Of a stretch of 64,000 bases of DNA, positions 38,829 to 48,686 are shown one piece after another. The number at the start of each line of letters is the position of its first letter. Position 1 is the first letter of the stretch. The DNA lies in the IMG/VR virus record IMGVR_UViG_3300042892_002669, positions 13,106-77,105 of that record, one strand, 5' to 3'. Made by a program: the position numbers and the translations under genes. Origin of the DNA: a virus. The notes under the pieces were generated by a model. The model was not told where the DNA came from. It searched no databases and worked only from the letters and a program-made list of their open reading frames with translations.

Positions 38829-39284
38829 TCAAATACTGGCGTCTTCCATACCCGCTGTACGCAGTCTGGTGATATGACCCAGCATGAAGTTTTTACTTTC
38901 AAGCCCTTTCATAACACCCAGCCAACGATTGCGAATCAGTGCCACTTCGTTGATGATAGTTTCAAAGTCAATGACTTCATCTTCGCCGTCCACATACTTC
39001 TCAGCATCTCTGCTGGTGAGTACACGATTGTATGCTTCCAAATATTTCTGGAAGTGTTTGCGTCTGATCTTTCTAAGCTGGATGTTCAGAAAGTTCAGCA
39101 CAGCCTCAATCTCTTGTAGTTGATTGAATCTGTGCTCGGTGACGCCAGGCAATGAAGCAAGATTTTTTTCAATGTTACCAAAGACGCCAACATCACGTTT
39201 GGCGTTGCCCAGTTCATTTTCATAATGTAAAATGAAATCAGGTATTGATGCTAGGTCTCTGTTAACTGTTGTATACCAATCCAT
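38829..39284 (-). CDS. uvsY: UvsY-like recombination mediator
   Basis: Helical; ...DAEKYVDGE.EV...K.LE.K.F.L..I..LR.AG; near uvsX. Confidence 0.7.
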   Translation of the reverse strand: MDWYTTVNRDLASIPDFILHYENELGNAKRDVGVFGNIEKNLASLPGVTEHRFNQLQEIEAVLNFLNIQLRKIRRKHFQKYLEAYNRVLTSRDAEKYVDGEDEVIDFETIINEVALIRNRWLGVMKGLESKNFMLGHITRLRTAGMEDASI

Positions 39285-39296
39285 TGCTGTTTCCTA

Positions 39297-39542
39297 TCAA
39301 TAAGGTTCGTCTTCGTCTTCGTCGTACTCGTCCAGATCATCGTCCAGTTGATCCGCATAAACTTTTAATGCAGTGGCAATGTCTTTGTCGCCACGGAAAG
39401 CAAATGCTGCCTTGATATCTGTGGGATCAGCATTATTTTCTATCATGTAATGCACGATAGAATCTGCTGCATCCTTGCGTTCATTGAAATCAATATGATT
39501 ACGCAACACTTCCCAAACTTCTGCAACTATATCTAAATTCAT
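39297..39542 (-). CDS. Small acidic hypothetical protein
   Basis: 81-aa ORF coupled to uvsX. Confidence 0.65.
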   Translation of the reverse strand: MNLDIVAEVWEVLRNHIDFNERKDAADSIVHYMIENNADPTDIKAAFAFRGDKDIATALKVYADQLDDDLDEYDEDEDEPY

Positions 39543-40648
39543 TAGACCATCTCCTGTTCAATTGCTGGGTCATCTGTTTGTTCAACTTGGTCAACCACTT
39601 CCTCATCTGGCGTTGCCGTTGATTTTTTCACACCATTGCTAAATTCAGTCATCACGGTGTCCAAGCAGTTGTTCTCATTTGATTCCCAACCCTTGCGGAA
39701 CTGCTTGATAACAACACCATCGCCAGTGGTGTAAGACAATCGGTTGCCTTCTTTGGTGAGCAGTCCATTTTTCTCAAACAAGTCAAGCAAGCCCGAATAT
39801 GGATTCATACCAGTGCTGTATGGAATCTTGATCTGCAGAGTTTCAAAAGGTTTGGCGTATCGTGTTTTCATAATCTTACATGCGGCACGAATACCATTTA
39901 CTTCTGAGACCTTGTTACCATCTTCATCTTCTTTGAGCTTGAGCTTCTTCATTGCAACCAGAATACTACTTGCGTATACGAAGCCCTGACCACCACTTAC
40001 TTTATCATCTGGATCAAACATATCCTGACTGGCGTATGTGTGATTGGTAGCTACCATACCAATGTTCAAGCTACCAAACATATTTACTGAGTTACGTACA
40101 AGTGAGGCCAGTGCTTTGGGCTTACGACCCATGTCACCTTTCATGTCACCTGCTTCAAACTGATTAACGTCAGTTGGAGTCAGTAACATGCCCAAACTGT
40201 CAATAACAAACAATACTTTTGGACGATCTTCCAAAGGCAATGTCTTGTAATCTGTTACAAACTTGCTTACTGTTTTAGCCACATCGTCAATCATGGCCAT
40301 GTTTAATTTTAATAGTTTATCTTCACCGGTGTCAACGCCCAGATCATGCAACCACTTTTCATCTAGTGCATTTTCCGAATCGATGAGAACCACAAAGATA
40401 CCTTGCTTTTGTGCGTGTCTAACCAAGTTGCCACTGCATATAAAGCTTTTCCCTGATCCAGATTCACCAGCAAATACAGTGACTTTGCCCAAAGGAACGC
40501 CTTTGTTAAAATCACCACTGATAAGATAATTGAGTGCATAATTTCCTGTACTGATCCAATCGGTTGGATCATTAAAACCTATACTAAGACCATCGATGCT
40601 CTTAGTAATTTCCCGTCTAAATTTTGATACGTCAAATGGCTTTGCCAA
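39542..40648 (-). CDS. uvsX: RecA/UvsX recombinase
   Basis: ISTGNYALN, GESGSGKS, IDSENA, VIDSLG, TNHTY, SGGQG. Confidence 0.95.
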   Translation of the reverse strand: MAKPFDVSKFRREITKSIDGLSIGFNDPTDWISTGNYALNYLISGDFNKGVPLGKVTVFAGESGSGKSFICSGNLVRHAQKQGIFVVLIDSENALDEKWLHDLGVDTGEDKLLKLNMAMIDDVAKTVSKFVTDYKTLPLEDRPKVLFVIDSLGMLLTPTDVNQFEAGDMKGDMGRKPKALASLVRNSVNMFGSLNIGMVATNHTYASQDMFDPDDKVSGGQGFVYASSILVAMKKLKLKEDEDGNKVSEVNGIRAACKIMKTRYAKPFETLQIKIPYSTGMNPYSGLLDLFEKNGLLTKEGNRLSYTTGDGVVIKQFRKGWESNENNCLDTVMTEFSNGVKKSTATPDEEVVDQVEQTDDPAIEQEMV

Positions 40649-40663
40649 TTTATTCTCCTAATT

Positions 40664-40888
40664 TCATTTATTAGTACGATACACGTTATTGACCTTTTTG
40701 TCAATAATTTCCGGGCACTTGTCAGCAATAACATCAATATCCCAATCATTTGGAAAGTGTCTGAGTGCTGTTCTTGCCCTATCTCTAACCATGCCAGGAA
40801 CTCTGGGTGTTTTACCAGGGTCGCACAGTTCTTCTAATAGTTTTTTACCCTGCTTAATGGCGAGGTATCTTTGGTCTGGAAGTGTCAT
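40664..40888 (-). CDS. Small conserved hypothetical protein (MTLPDQR...TPRVP..VR..A...LRHFP)
   Basis: AGGAG RBS; recognisable small phage protein motif. Confidence 0.7.
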   Translation of the reverse strand: MTLPDQRYLAIKQGKKLLEELCDPGKTPRVPGMVRDRARTALRHFPNDWDIDVIADKCPEIIDKKVNNVYRTNK

Positions 40889-40904
40889 GTAATTCTCCTA
40901 AAGA

Positions 40905-40923
40905 AGGGGAACACAGTTCCCCT
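40905..40923 (-). terminator. Possible terminator/hairpin after gp32
   Basis: AGGGGAAC-3nt-GTTCCCCT followed by UCUUU. Confidence 0.55.
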
Positions 40924-40933
40924 GTCTTATACT

Positions 40934-41932
40934 TTATACCTTAGCCTGGCGTGAGCGAATCATTGCCAAAATATCTTGGGCTTTGTCGCTTGACGGTGCT
41001 GGAGCTTGTGCAGCGACTGCTGCGGGTGGAGTTTCAAATTGGTCGTCACCTGTCCAAGGAGCAGTAGCAGGTGCTGCTGCAGGCTTGCTGGTTACCACTG
41101 TTTCAAATGTATCAGTGGCGGCCTTGACTGCACCAGCTGGTGCATCCAAACCATATGGACGATAGTATGCACCCCAACGTTCGTTGTCGTAGGGTTTACC
41201 ATCCACACTTGCCTCAAACATTTCTTTCATGATGCGCAGTTCTGCTTCACCAGGTTTCTTTGGCAAGAATTCTGACAGATTGAAAAGACCATGTGCTTCA
41301 ATTGCAGCTTGTTCAGCCTCAGTCAATGCACTTTCTTTACGACTCCAAGTTGAAGTGCTATAGTCTGCATAGCCACCCTTGGATGTTTTAGTCACGCGGA
41401 AATCAAGACCCTGCATGTAGTCAGTGGGCAGGTTTTCCATTTCAGGATCCATCAAGCTGGACTTGATAATGGTAAAGATTTGTGGACTGATGATGAAACG
41501 ACGAATTGGATTCGCAGGAGCCTTGTCATCACCAATTGGATTCTGACGTACAAAACCCTGAAACAGGTAGCTGCGTTTCTTCCAGTACTTGTTGGCCATT
41601 TCTTTCAATGACTCATCTTTGTACCAGGGACGTACTTCTGCCAAGATTGGGCAGCTATCGCCATACATTTCTACGCATGGAACTTGTACCACAACTTGTT
41701 TGCTATTGCTATCACCCTTGACACCATTGAATGGCAGCTTGATTACTTGACGCTCTACCCAGAAGAAAGTGTTAGCTGCGTCACCGTCTGGTAAGAAACG
41801 AATGGTAGCGTTGGTACCTTCTTCCATATTCCAATGGGCGTAGATTGAGTTGTCGCTTTGGGTAGGGGATGCTGATGATGATTTGTTTTCTTGTGCCGCG
41901 ATACGGGCACGAATTTCTGCTAATGAAGCCAT
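40934..41932 (-). CDS. Single-stranded DNA-binding protein (T4 gp32-like)
   Basis: IRFLP, PC.E..G..CPI, K.SYL, GLDF..TK..KGGYADYSTS.W. Confidence 0.9.
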   Translation of the reverse strand: MASLAEIRARIAAQENKSSSASPTQSDNSIYAHWNMEEGTNATIRFLPDGDAANTFFWVERQVIKLPFNGVKGDSNSKQVVVQVPCVEMYGDSCPILAEVRPWYKDESLKEMANKYWKKRSYLFQGFVRQNPIGDDKAPANPIRRFIISPQIFTIIKSSLMDPEMENLPTDYMQGLDFRVTKTSKGGYADYSTSTWSRKESALTEAEQAAIEAHGLFNLSEFLPKKPGEAELRIMKEMFEASVDGKPYDNERWGAYYRPYGLDAPAGAVKAATDTFETVVTSKPAAAPATAPWTGDDQFETPPAAVAAQAPAPSSDKAQDILAMIRSRQAKV

Positions 41933-41974
41933 GATATTTCCTTTATATTAAGATGGTCTTTGTTTTTTATTGTC

Positions 41975-42048
41975 GCTACTTCACTATGAAGTAACTAACG
42001 CAGACACTATTATAACAAACAATAGCATCTGCGTCAAGTATATTTATC
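41975..42048 (-). promoter_or_regulatory. gp32 leader: late promoter, sigma70 promoter inside a 16-bp inverted repeat, second hairpin
   Basis: GATAAATA 42041-42048; TTGACG-17-TATAAT 42009-42037; stems 41996-42036 and 41975-41995. Confidence 0.7.
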
Positions 42049-42086
42049 CCAAATGGGACAAATAGATTTTTTTACTGCAGTTTTTA

Positions 42087-44363
42087 CTACTTTATTAACC
42101 CAGATAGTCTGCGCATTGCAGCCAACTGGTCAGTACTCTCGTCTACACCAACCAGATCGCCTGGTTTGGCACTAAGAAAATCTCCCAATTCTTCTGCACC
42201 ACGGCCCCGTTTACCACTTTGATGTTTCCATTCAGAACCAACACGAACAATTTTATCACCGTCGTCATTTACATAAACACGACTGTCGTCCGTGTAGTAC
42301 CCAAAAGAATTTAGGGTCGATATCAGAGTATCTTTTGACTCAGAGCCTTCCGACACACCTTGCTCTTTATTTGCTAACTGGTCTAACTTGTCATAGCGGT
42401 CAAAATGCTTCTTGGAAGTTTTGGTATCGCCCTTCATACTGGCATCTTGTGACTTGGCAATTTCTTGTCCAGCACGACTTTTAACATCTTGACCTGTAGC
42501 CAAACGCTTGATATCTTTTCCCAAGCCCTCCGCCACACCTTGCTCTACTGGTCGTTTGAAATTTGGACGAGGTGCTTTACCACTCAGAAACTTCCCAACA
42601 TCGGACCAATGACCCACTACTTGGCCTTGTTTGTTTAGTGCTACGATTTTATCATCTTTTTTCGTAATAGTATATCCACTACTTTTAGCCTGATCTTTCC
42701 AATCATACCAACTTGTAAACTTATCAGATTCATTCAATGAGCCTTCCGCTACACCTTTTGTGACCCGAGCAACACCTACCTGCTGATCTTTTGGCTCAAT
42801 TGGCTGTTGACCTTGTTCTTGTTCCTTGCGCTTTTTTGCAGCCAGGTCTGCCACGCTACCTTTGCGAGGCTTTTTTGCACCGTAACTGAATGGACCAGCC
42901 TCCGCCACACCTTCTTTGGGTTCCTGTCTGTCGTACTGACGTTGAGCGCGAGCCTGACTATCATCGGGAAATTGATGGGGTTTCTTGGGTGATTGGTATT
43001 GGTCACCGCGAATGCCTTTGTACACACGCTCACCAGTTTCAGGATCATCCTCGTAGTGATGACGTTCACCTGGACGTAAACTCTCTGCCACTTCTGGAGT
43101 CATGGGTCTTTCAATCTTGTCTATCACACTGTGCATGCGATGGTCATCCGATTGTTCCATCCAATTGATAATGGTTTCAACTGCATCTGCATCAGGATCT
43201 TGCTCTGACAATTCTTCCAGTAGGCCGTTCAACTGATCATCTTCCAAGTTTACCGAAGCCAACATTGCTTTTGCATTCATTGCATTTGGCCCAACCACAA
43301 TCTCATCACTCAACATGCCTGCCAAATCATCCAACTGAGGCATACTCTTGGGTGCTAATCTTTCACTGACCAATTGATCGGCCCACTCTGACAATTCAGA
43401 TATTTCAGCCACTTCATTCATAGAATTGCGACCTCGGCTGATCTTGGACAATATGGGCATGGCGCTTTCTATTCTTGGATCCAATGTGGCGTTCATAAAC
43501 ATCTCACTGAGATCCGCACCAGCTGCGTCTTCTATTAGAGTGGGTGACCAATTGTCAAAATGTTCATTGTAGCCACGCTTGCCTGCCATTTTGCGCAATG
43601 ACTCACGCAACTGCAGATAGTGTTCAGTGCCTTCTGTGACCAATTGTTGTGTGCTTTCATTGAACTGACCATTTTTAGTGGCTCTGACAAAGCCTGCCAT
43701 TTTGGTATAGTCTTCGCACATCTCTCGGATATGATTCCAACGCTCGTCGTTTGGTAATCCACCTTCAGCTATGTGTCTGGCGAAAGGTCTGGCCAATCCA
43801 GGTTTGGTAGTTGGTGCCAGTACTCGTTCACCCAATGAGTTCTCAATAAAGATTTGAGCAATGTTTCTGTAGCGTTGCTCACCTTCTTCTATTTTGCGGG
43901 TGTGCTTGATCACCATCTTTACTGTGGGAACTGCATCGCTGTAGCTGCCTGACTTGCCCATGGGGTAGTAACCCTCATCCAGTTTTTTTGTGTTTTCTCT
44001 TTTTGCCATATCGTATTTTAAATTGTCAATATCACTTAATTCAAATTTGCTTACTTTACCAAATGTCAGTTTGCGCAATCTGGCAGTTAGTTCGTGGAAA
44101 CTGAGCATGCCATCATCAGTTGAACCAGCTGGACTCCCAGCAACGTCATCCCCAAAGTACAGTGTAAGTTCACCAGTGCCGTCGATTCCTATAGTGATAG
44201 TTCCATAGTTTTCTCCGTCTTTGATAAAGTTAAACTGAAACACATCGGCGTCATCGGTTATAGCCATTTCTTTGCCCGACGAATCCAGCATGGTTGGCTT
44301 GTATCCGTTGGTCTTCAAGAACTTGAACACTGTGGCTTTTACTGAGTTTTGGTTAATTGGCAT
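42087..44363 (-). CDS. Probable head-associated (poly)protein with a C-terminal GVAEG-delimited cassette array
   Basis: 758 aa; late promoter at 44386-44393; many [LIV]xE sites; four GV(A/S)E(G/A) repeats; ends MRRLSGLIK. Confidence 0.75.
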   Translation of the reverse strand: MPINQNSVKATVFKFLKTNGYKPTMLDSSGKEMAITDDADVFQFNFIKDGENYGTITIGIDGTGELTLYFGDDVAGSPAGSTDDGMLSFHELTARLRKLTFGKVSKFELSDIDNLKYDMAKRENTKKLDEGYYPMGKSGSYSDAVPTVKMVIKHTRKIEEGEQRYRNIAQIFIENSLGERVLAPTTKPGLARPFARHIAEGGLPNDERWNHIREMCEDYTKMAGFVRATKNGQFNESTQQLVTEGTEHYLQLRESLRKMAGKRGYNEHFDNWSPTLIEDAAGADLSEMFMNATLDPRIESAMPILSKISRGRNSMNEVAEISELSEWADQLVSERLAPKSMPQLDDLAGMLSDEIVVGPNAMNAKAMLASVNLEDDQLNGLLEELSEQDPDADAVETIINWMEQSDDHRMHSVIDKIERPMTPEVAESLRPGERHHYEDDPETGERVYKGIRGDQYQSPKKPHQFPDDSQARAQRQYDRQEPKEGVAEAGPFSYGAKKPRKGSVADLAAKKRKEQEQGQQPIEPKDQQVGVARVTKGVAEGSLNESDKFTSWYDWKDQAKSSGYTITKKDDKIVALNKQGQVVGHWSDVGKFLSGKAPRPNFKRPVEQGVAEGLGKDIKRLATGQDVKSRAGQEIAKSQDASMKGDTKTSKKHFDRYDKLDQLANKEQGVSEGSESKDTLISTLNSFGYYTDDSRVYVNDDGDKIVRVGSEWKHQSGKRGRGAEELGDFLSAKPGDLVGVDESTDQLAAMRRLSGLIK
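42347..42913 (-). repeat. Four in-frame 15-bp direct repeats AAGGTGT(G/A)(G/T)CGGA(A/G)G separating unrelated cassettes
   Basis: Cores at 42347-42361, 42527-42541, 42743-42757 and 42899-42913; periods 180, 216 and 156 bp. Confidence 0.85.
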
Positions 44364-44391
44364 AATAGGTCTTATTGTAATATTGTATTTA

Positions 44392-45945
44392 TCAACTCAT
44401 CACTGCATAGAAGGGCAGCGGGGGCAGGAATTCGTCATAATCTCTGATTTGAGTCTCCAATTCCATGTGAAAGCTGCCCAATTCTTGTATCATTCTGACT
44501 ATCAGTAGCGTAGACATGACCAAATCATCAGTTTCTCCCGATTTTGCTGCATAACTGCCACCATGGGCCACAAAAGTCTTGAGTTCACTTATCAGACTGC
44601 GGCTGTTTATCTTCATCTTCTTGGATTCTATCAACTGCTTTAGCTTGGCGCATGCTGCCAGTTTACTCTTGTTGGTGGTGTTAAATCCCTTGCGTTTTTT
44701 AACTCCAGACTCCGTTAGCATGGTGCCAGGTATGTTGTGCTCACCATATTCATGCAGCGACACATTGGCAGCTTCGCCTATACTATTGTTTTCCAAACTG
44801 TAATAGATATTGTTTGGTTCGCCCGTACATTCAACTATGTACTTGATAATCTGCGTGATCAATTTAACTTGCTCGGGGATCGCGGTTTTGTTGTGCTTCC
44901 ATTCACCAATCTGGGTAGTGGAGTTTGCTTCAAATATTTGTATAGCCGCTGGATCGCCACCAGTGCCCAAACTTGGATCCAGTCCAATAACATAAATGTT
45001 GCCTTTGGTTGGTTGCTTGTACCAACGAATTTGTCCCTGTCTGGTAGTGGGTTCAACTCCTTCAAGTTCAAACAGTGCATTGGCATTGATCAGTGTTTCA
45101 TCTGCAATGATAAATTCAATTTCCATTTCACGACGGAATCTGTCATCACCCAACTGTGCTCGCATACTGGTAGCCCAGGCTTCATCACGTTCAGGATGTG
45201 ATCTCCAAGTGGCTTTGTACGCACGGAATCCATTGATGCCCAATTCTGTTTCGTTGCCATACTCATCTTCACATTTGTTTGCACCTTTCCAAATCAGTGC
45301 AAATTGATCTTCGTCACTGTTTGGTGTGCTGGTTATAATTGCTTTACCACCAGTTGATAGTGTTGGAGTAATGGATGTCCAGAACTCTTTGGCTATGGTT
45401 GGTCTTACGAATGCAAACTCGTCCAAGTACAGTAGTGAGATAGATAGACCACGACCTGTGTTTTCAGTTGTAGTTGCGCTTATGATACGACTGCCGTTGT
45501 CAAAGTCTATGTTACCCTTGTTGTAGGTGACCGCCCCTGCTTTAATATGATGAGGACAATTCTCATATGCATATCTTACACGAGACATGATTTCTTGTGC
45601 GCCTGCATATTTGTGCGCTGCAATCAGTATAGTAGTATCAGGTACAAACATAGCGTACCACAAGAGGTAACCTGCGGCACTGGTTGATTTACCTGTTTGT
45701 CGTGCCATCAAGCTGATACTGAATCGGTAATTATGATAAGTGTGTATCAGTTCTTTTTGGAAATCCCATGGATGATAGAGCAAACTGCCGCGAGTTGGAT
45801 GCTGTATATAGAAGAAATTGTCCATGAAGTAGAGATATCCCATGATGGGATCACTACATTTTACGAAATCGTCCAGTTGCTGTTGATTGGCAAACGTGGT
45901 TTTCTCGTAAGGAGTTTTTATTAACGCGGTGATATTTGTACTCAT
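44392..45945 (-). CDS. Terminase large subunit (T4 gp17-like)
   Basis: ARQTGKS, YLDEFAFV, ITSTPN, GLDPSLG.GGD, ENN.IG, DDLVMS. Confidence 0.95.
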   Translation of the reverse strand: MSTNITALIKTPYEKTTFANQQQLDDFVKCSDPIMGYLYFMDNFFYIQHPTRGSLLYHPWDFQKELIHTYHNYRFSISLMARQTGKSTSAAGYLLWYAMFVPDTTILIAAHKYAGAQEIMSRVRYAYENCPHHIKAGAVTYNKGNIDFDNGSRIISATTTENTGRGLSISLLYLDEFAFVRPTIAKEFWTSITPTLSTGGKAIITSTPNSDEDQFALIWKGANKCEDEYGNETELGINGFRAYKATWRSHPERDEAWATSMRAQLGDDRFRREMEIEFIIADETLINANALFELEGVEPTTRQGQIRWYKQPTKGNIYVIGLDPSLGTGGDPAAIQIFEANSTTQIGEWKHNKTAIPEQVKLITQIIKYIVECTGEPNNIYYSLENNSIGEAANVSLHEYGEHNIPGTMLTESGVKKRKGFNTTNKSKLAACAKLKQLIESKKMKINSRSLISELKTFVAHGGSYAAKSGETDDLVMSTLLIVRMIQELGSFHMELETQIRDYDEFLPPLPFYAVMS

Positions 45946-45986
45946 AATGAGTATTTAGATGTCGGGTGTAATCGGGTAATAAAATA

Positions 45987-47045
45987 TTACGCCGCGGTCA
46001 GTGTGATGTATTTTACTACTGGCCCGTGATTTCCTGCCCAACCGCCGGTATCAATACCAGTAAGACTGATTGCCGCAGAAGTAATAGTATTGAATGTTGC
46101 GGGGATTTCACTTCTATTAAGCGTCAATGTAATATCAGTGAAATTTTGAGGAGCGTTTGAAGTTCCTGTAGTTTTTGTAATTACTGTGCCACCTGAAATG
46201 TTTTTGTAAACCACTGTAAAATTATAAGTGTCGATTTGAGTGTAGCCGCCAACAGCCTTATCATCATGTCTTAGATTCACAACAGCAGTAAATGTGCTTG
46301 CATCAGCAGTCACGCTTGACACTGTAACATTGCGGCTTAATGTTCTTGATGTAAATGAGAAATAAAGCTCACCGTTATATAATGCAATTTGAGACCCGGC
46401 GGTATATGAATAAGTTCCGAAGCCGCCACTAGCAGTCCATCCAGTAGTTCCGCCACTAAAATCTGAGTTAGTAATTAATTGTTGCGGTGTCATTGTTGGC
46501 GTAAGACTAGTATCATTGGTAGTAATAGTACTGCTTGTAGCAACAATAGGTCCACTTATTGATACTGTGCGAATTTGTAACGCATAATTTTCAGATCCTT
46601 CGGTTAATGTATCAGCTTTTAAGTCAAATGATACCGTACCTGATCCGCTATTAATTGTAAAACTACCCGATGGTAAACTACCACTAACAAAGTCTGCGCC
46701 AGTAACACTACCTGTTACGGTATAATATAAAGTAGTTCCATCTGTTACATTAGTGGTAGTAATATCAAATGCTGTTCCTAACCCAGTACCTTCGTCAACT
46801 GAATTAGCACGTGATGCTACACTGTAACTTGGTGGTGGAGGACCTAATGTCCATGGACGACCGGAAACTAATCCACTAGGATGTGATTGTACACTAACAT
46901 CATTATCTGAATAAACTGAAGGTAGTAAAGTTGTGTCTAGTGTACTAGGGCGACCATCTGTCGCACGTTTAGTAATTGCCGCAGTTAACTTAGCATTTTG
47001 CTTTGCTTGTTTGGTAGATAGTGTTGAAATTCCATTAATGGACAT
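45987..47045 (-). CDS. Ser/Thr-rich protein with Calx-beta/Ig-like and carbohydrate-binding-like domains
   Basis: SVDEG...TTTNVTDGTTLYYT...ADTLTEGSE (Calx-beta-like); LITNSDFSGGTTGW (CBM-like). Confidence 0.6.
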   Translation of the reverse strand: MSINGISTLSTKQAKQNAKLTAAITKRATDGRPSTLDTTLLPSVYSDNDVSVQSHPSGLVSGRPWTLGPPPPSYSVASRANSVDEGTGLGTAFDITTTNVTDGTTLYYTVTGSVTGADFVSGSLPSGSFTINSGSGTVSFDLKADTLTEGSENYALQIRTVSISGPIVATSSTITTNDTSLTPTMTPQQLITNSDFSGGTTGWTASGGFGTYSYTAGSQIALYNGELYFSFTSRTLSRNVTVSSVTADASTFTAVVNLRHDDKAVGGYTQIDTYNFTVVYKNISGGTVITKTTGTSNAPQNFTDITLTLNRSEIPATFNTITSAAISLTGIDTGGWAGNHGPVVKYITLTAA

Positions 47046-47046
47046 G

Positions 47047-47328
47047 TTATTTTCCTAATGGCTTTTCGCCGGTTAGATATGGTCTACTAAACCATAGTTG
47101 GAACCATTCGGGAGTACCTGGCTGTATATTGTGCTGCTTCATCAGGTTACCTTTTTCAGTGCCAGTCACACTGATGTTGATCTCACCGCCCACCACTTGA
47201 GGAGTGATACCACTGAGTTTCTTCAAGTCATCTAATGTGGTATCAGTATTTTGTTCCATGGAGGGAACGGACTTGAGCTTGTCAAATCCGTTCATTATAC
47301 TAGATTGTTTCCATACATCAAATGACAT
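47047..47328 (-). CDS. Hypothetical protein
   Basis: LDDLKKLSGI and NIQPGTPEWFQLWFS motifs; GATAAATA 4 nt upstream of the ATG. Confidence 0.7.
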   Translation of the reverse strand: MSFDVWKQSSIMNGFDKLKSVPSMEQNTDTTLDDLKKLSGITPQVVGGEINISVTGTEKGNLMKQHNIQPGTPEWFQLWFSRPYLTGEKPLGK

Positions 47329-47343
47329 ATAGTATTTATCAGA

Positions 47344-48036
47344 TTACTTGATATCTAGAGGCCTTGCTTTGGTAGCTACGATACAATAGTATTTTTCTCT
47401 TACTTCTTGTTTGGAGCCGTCTTCATTCTCACCCACAGCCAAATCAAATTCTAATGTGTTGAACGTATCAATATTAAAACCAGTTCGTTGTAATAGTGCC
47501 GTCAATTGAGTAGAACCCAATATACTATAGTGATTCAAGTTAGTTTCGTGCTGTCTGTCACATTCAGGAGCAGGAACTTCAATATAAATCTTGCTACCCT
47601 GTTTTAGCACACGGTTATATTCCATTAAACTAAAGATAGGATATGGACTGTGTTCCAGTGAGTGGCGAAGGAAAATAAAGTCAACACTTTCGTCATAGTA
47701 TCCTTCTTTTTGCGGAAGAAAACTCATGTCATAAGTCTTGATAGTGTGTCCTTTATTTTTACAGATTTCAATGTCGCCAGGACTGAGGGTGACTCCCACC
47801 AAGTTGGTATATCCTCGCTGTTTCATTTCGTCTAGAAAATATCCAGGACCGCAACCTAAATCTAGTATAGCTGCATCTTTTGGTAATGCAATTGGATCTA
47901 TATATTCGTTTACTACTTTGGTGGTAAGTTGTTGATGGAACCCGCTTTCACCTTCTTCGTAAATGTGGCAATTTACCAACCATTCGTAGTAGAATTTAAG
48001 TTTAACGGTATCAAATACAGTGTTTATGTCAATCAT
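47344..48036 (-). CDS. Class I SAM-dependent methyltransferase
   Basis: ILDLGCGPG, D.IF.RHSLEH, RVLKQG..IYIEVP. Confidence 0.88.
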   Translation of the reverse strand: MIDINTVFDTVKLKFYYEWLVNCHIYEEGESGFHQQLTTKVVNEYIDPIALPKDAAILDLGCGPGYFLDEMKQRGYTNLVGVTLSPGDIEICKNKGHTIKTYDMSFLPQKEGYYDESVDFIFLRHSLEHSPYPIFSLMEYNRVLKQGSKIYIEVPAPECDRQHETNLNHYSILGSTQLTALLQRTGFNIDTFNTLEFDLAVGENEDGSKQEVREKYYCIVATKARPLDIK

Positions 48037-48654
48037 TTATAGTTCTCTCTTTTTACAGTTATCAAAATGCCATCGTTGCATTACCCCAGAGCCACCTAAG
48101 GTATTACAATGAGGACATACTATTTTGGGTTTTGGTTTACCTGCATTTGCTTCGCTATTTTTCCTTTTCCATTCATCTGATTGTACTTTTCCGAAGTTGG
48201 GATTATTAACACCAGTGCGAAGTTTATTTTTTGCGGAAAGGTCAGGTCGGGCGATTCCGCGTTTTTTGTTTGCTCTTTTATTTTTGTGTTCTGACGATTG
48301 TGGACCATATGGGGGTCTTTTCCCTCGCATTTTGTCTAATGATTTTTCAGTGTGTTTTTCTCCCAAACGACATGGTCTATTATCATTGTTGTGTTGGTTG
48401 AAACTTCGTGGGTCATTTTTAGCGTCAAGAAGCTGTAGAATTTCTGTTTCTAACTGATAGATGTCTTTAGATTCACCCTCACAAATTATTTGACGAGACC
48501 ACTCAGTGGGATTGGACAGTATAAGAGGTTTTACTTTTTTACTACTGCATAAGTAGCCATCATTTGGGTGGCAACCAATAGCATACCGTGAGCCAATATA
48601 CCAGCTGAGCGTTGGGAGGTGCGTCCATTTGTAAACATAAGCAATCGTTTTCAC
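48037..48654 (-). mobile_element. Free-standing GIY-YIG-like (Seg-type) homing endonuclease gene with NUMOD3-like repeats
   Basis: YVYKW...WYIGSR...GYLCSS; basic HTEKS/SEHK/SDEWK repeats; NPNFGK; CPHC...RWHFDNC tail. Confidence 0.7.
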
Positions 48655-48686
48655 TAATATACTTATTCAAGGAATCACACACTGAA

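Noticed and set aside
42347-42913. GVAEG repeats as a CRISPR array
   Set aside because: Repeats are only 15 bp, intervening segments are about 140-200 bp and in frame within a gene, and no cas genes are present
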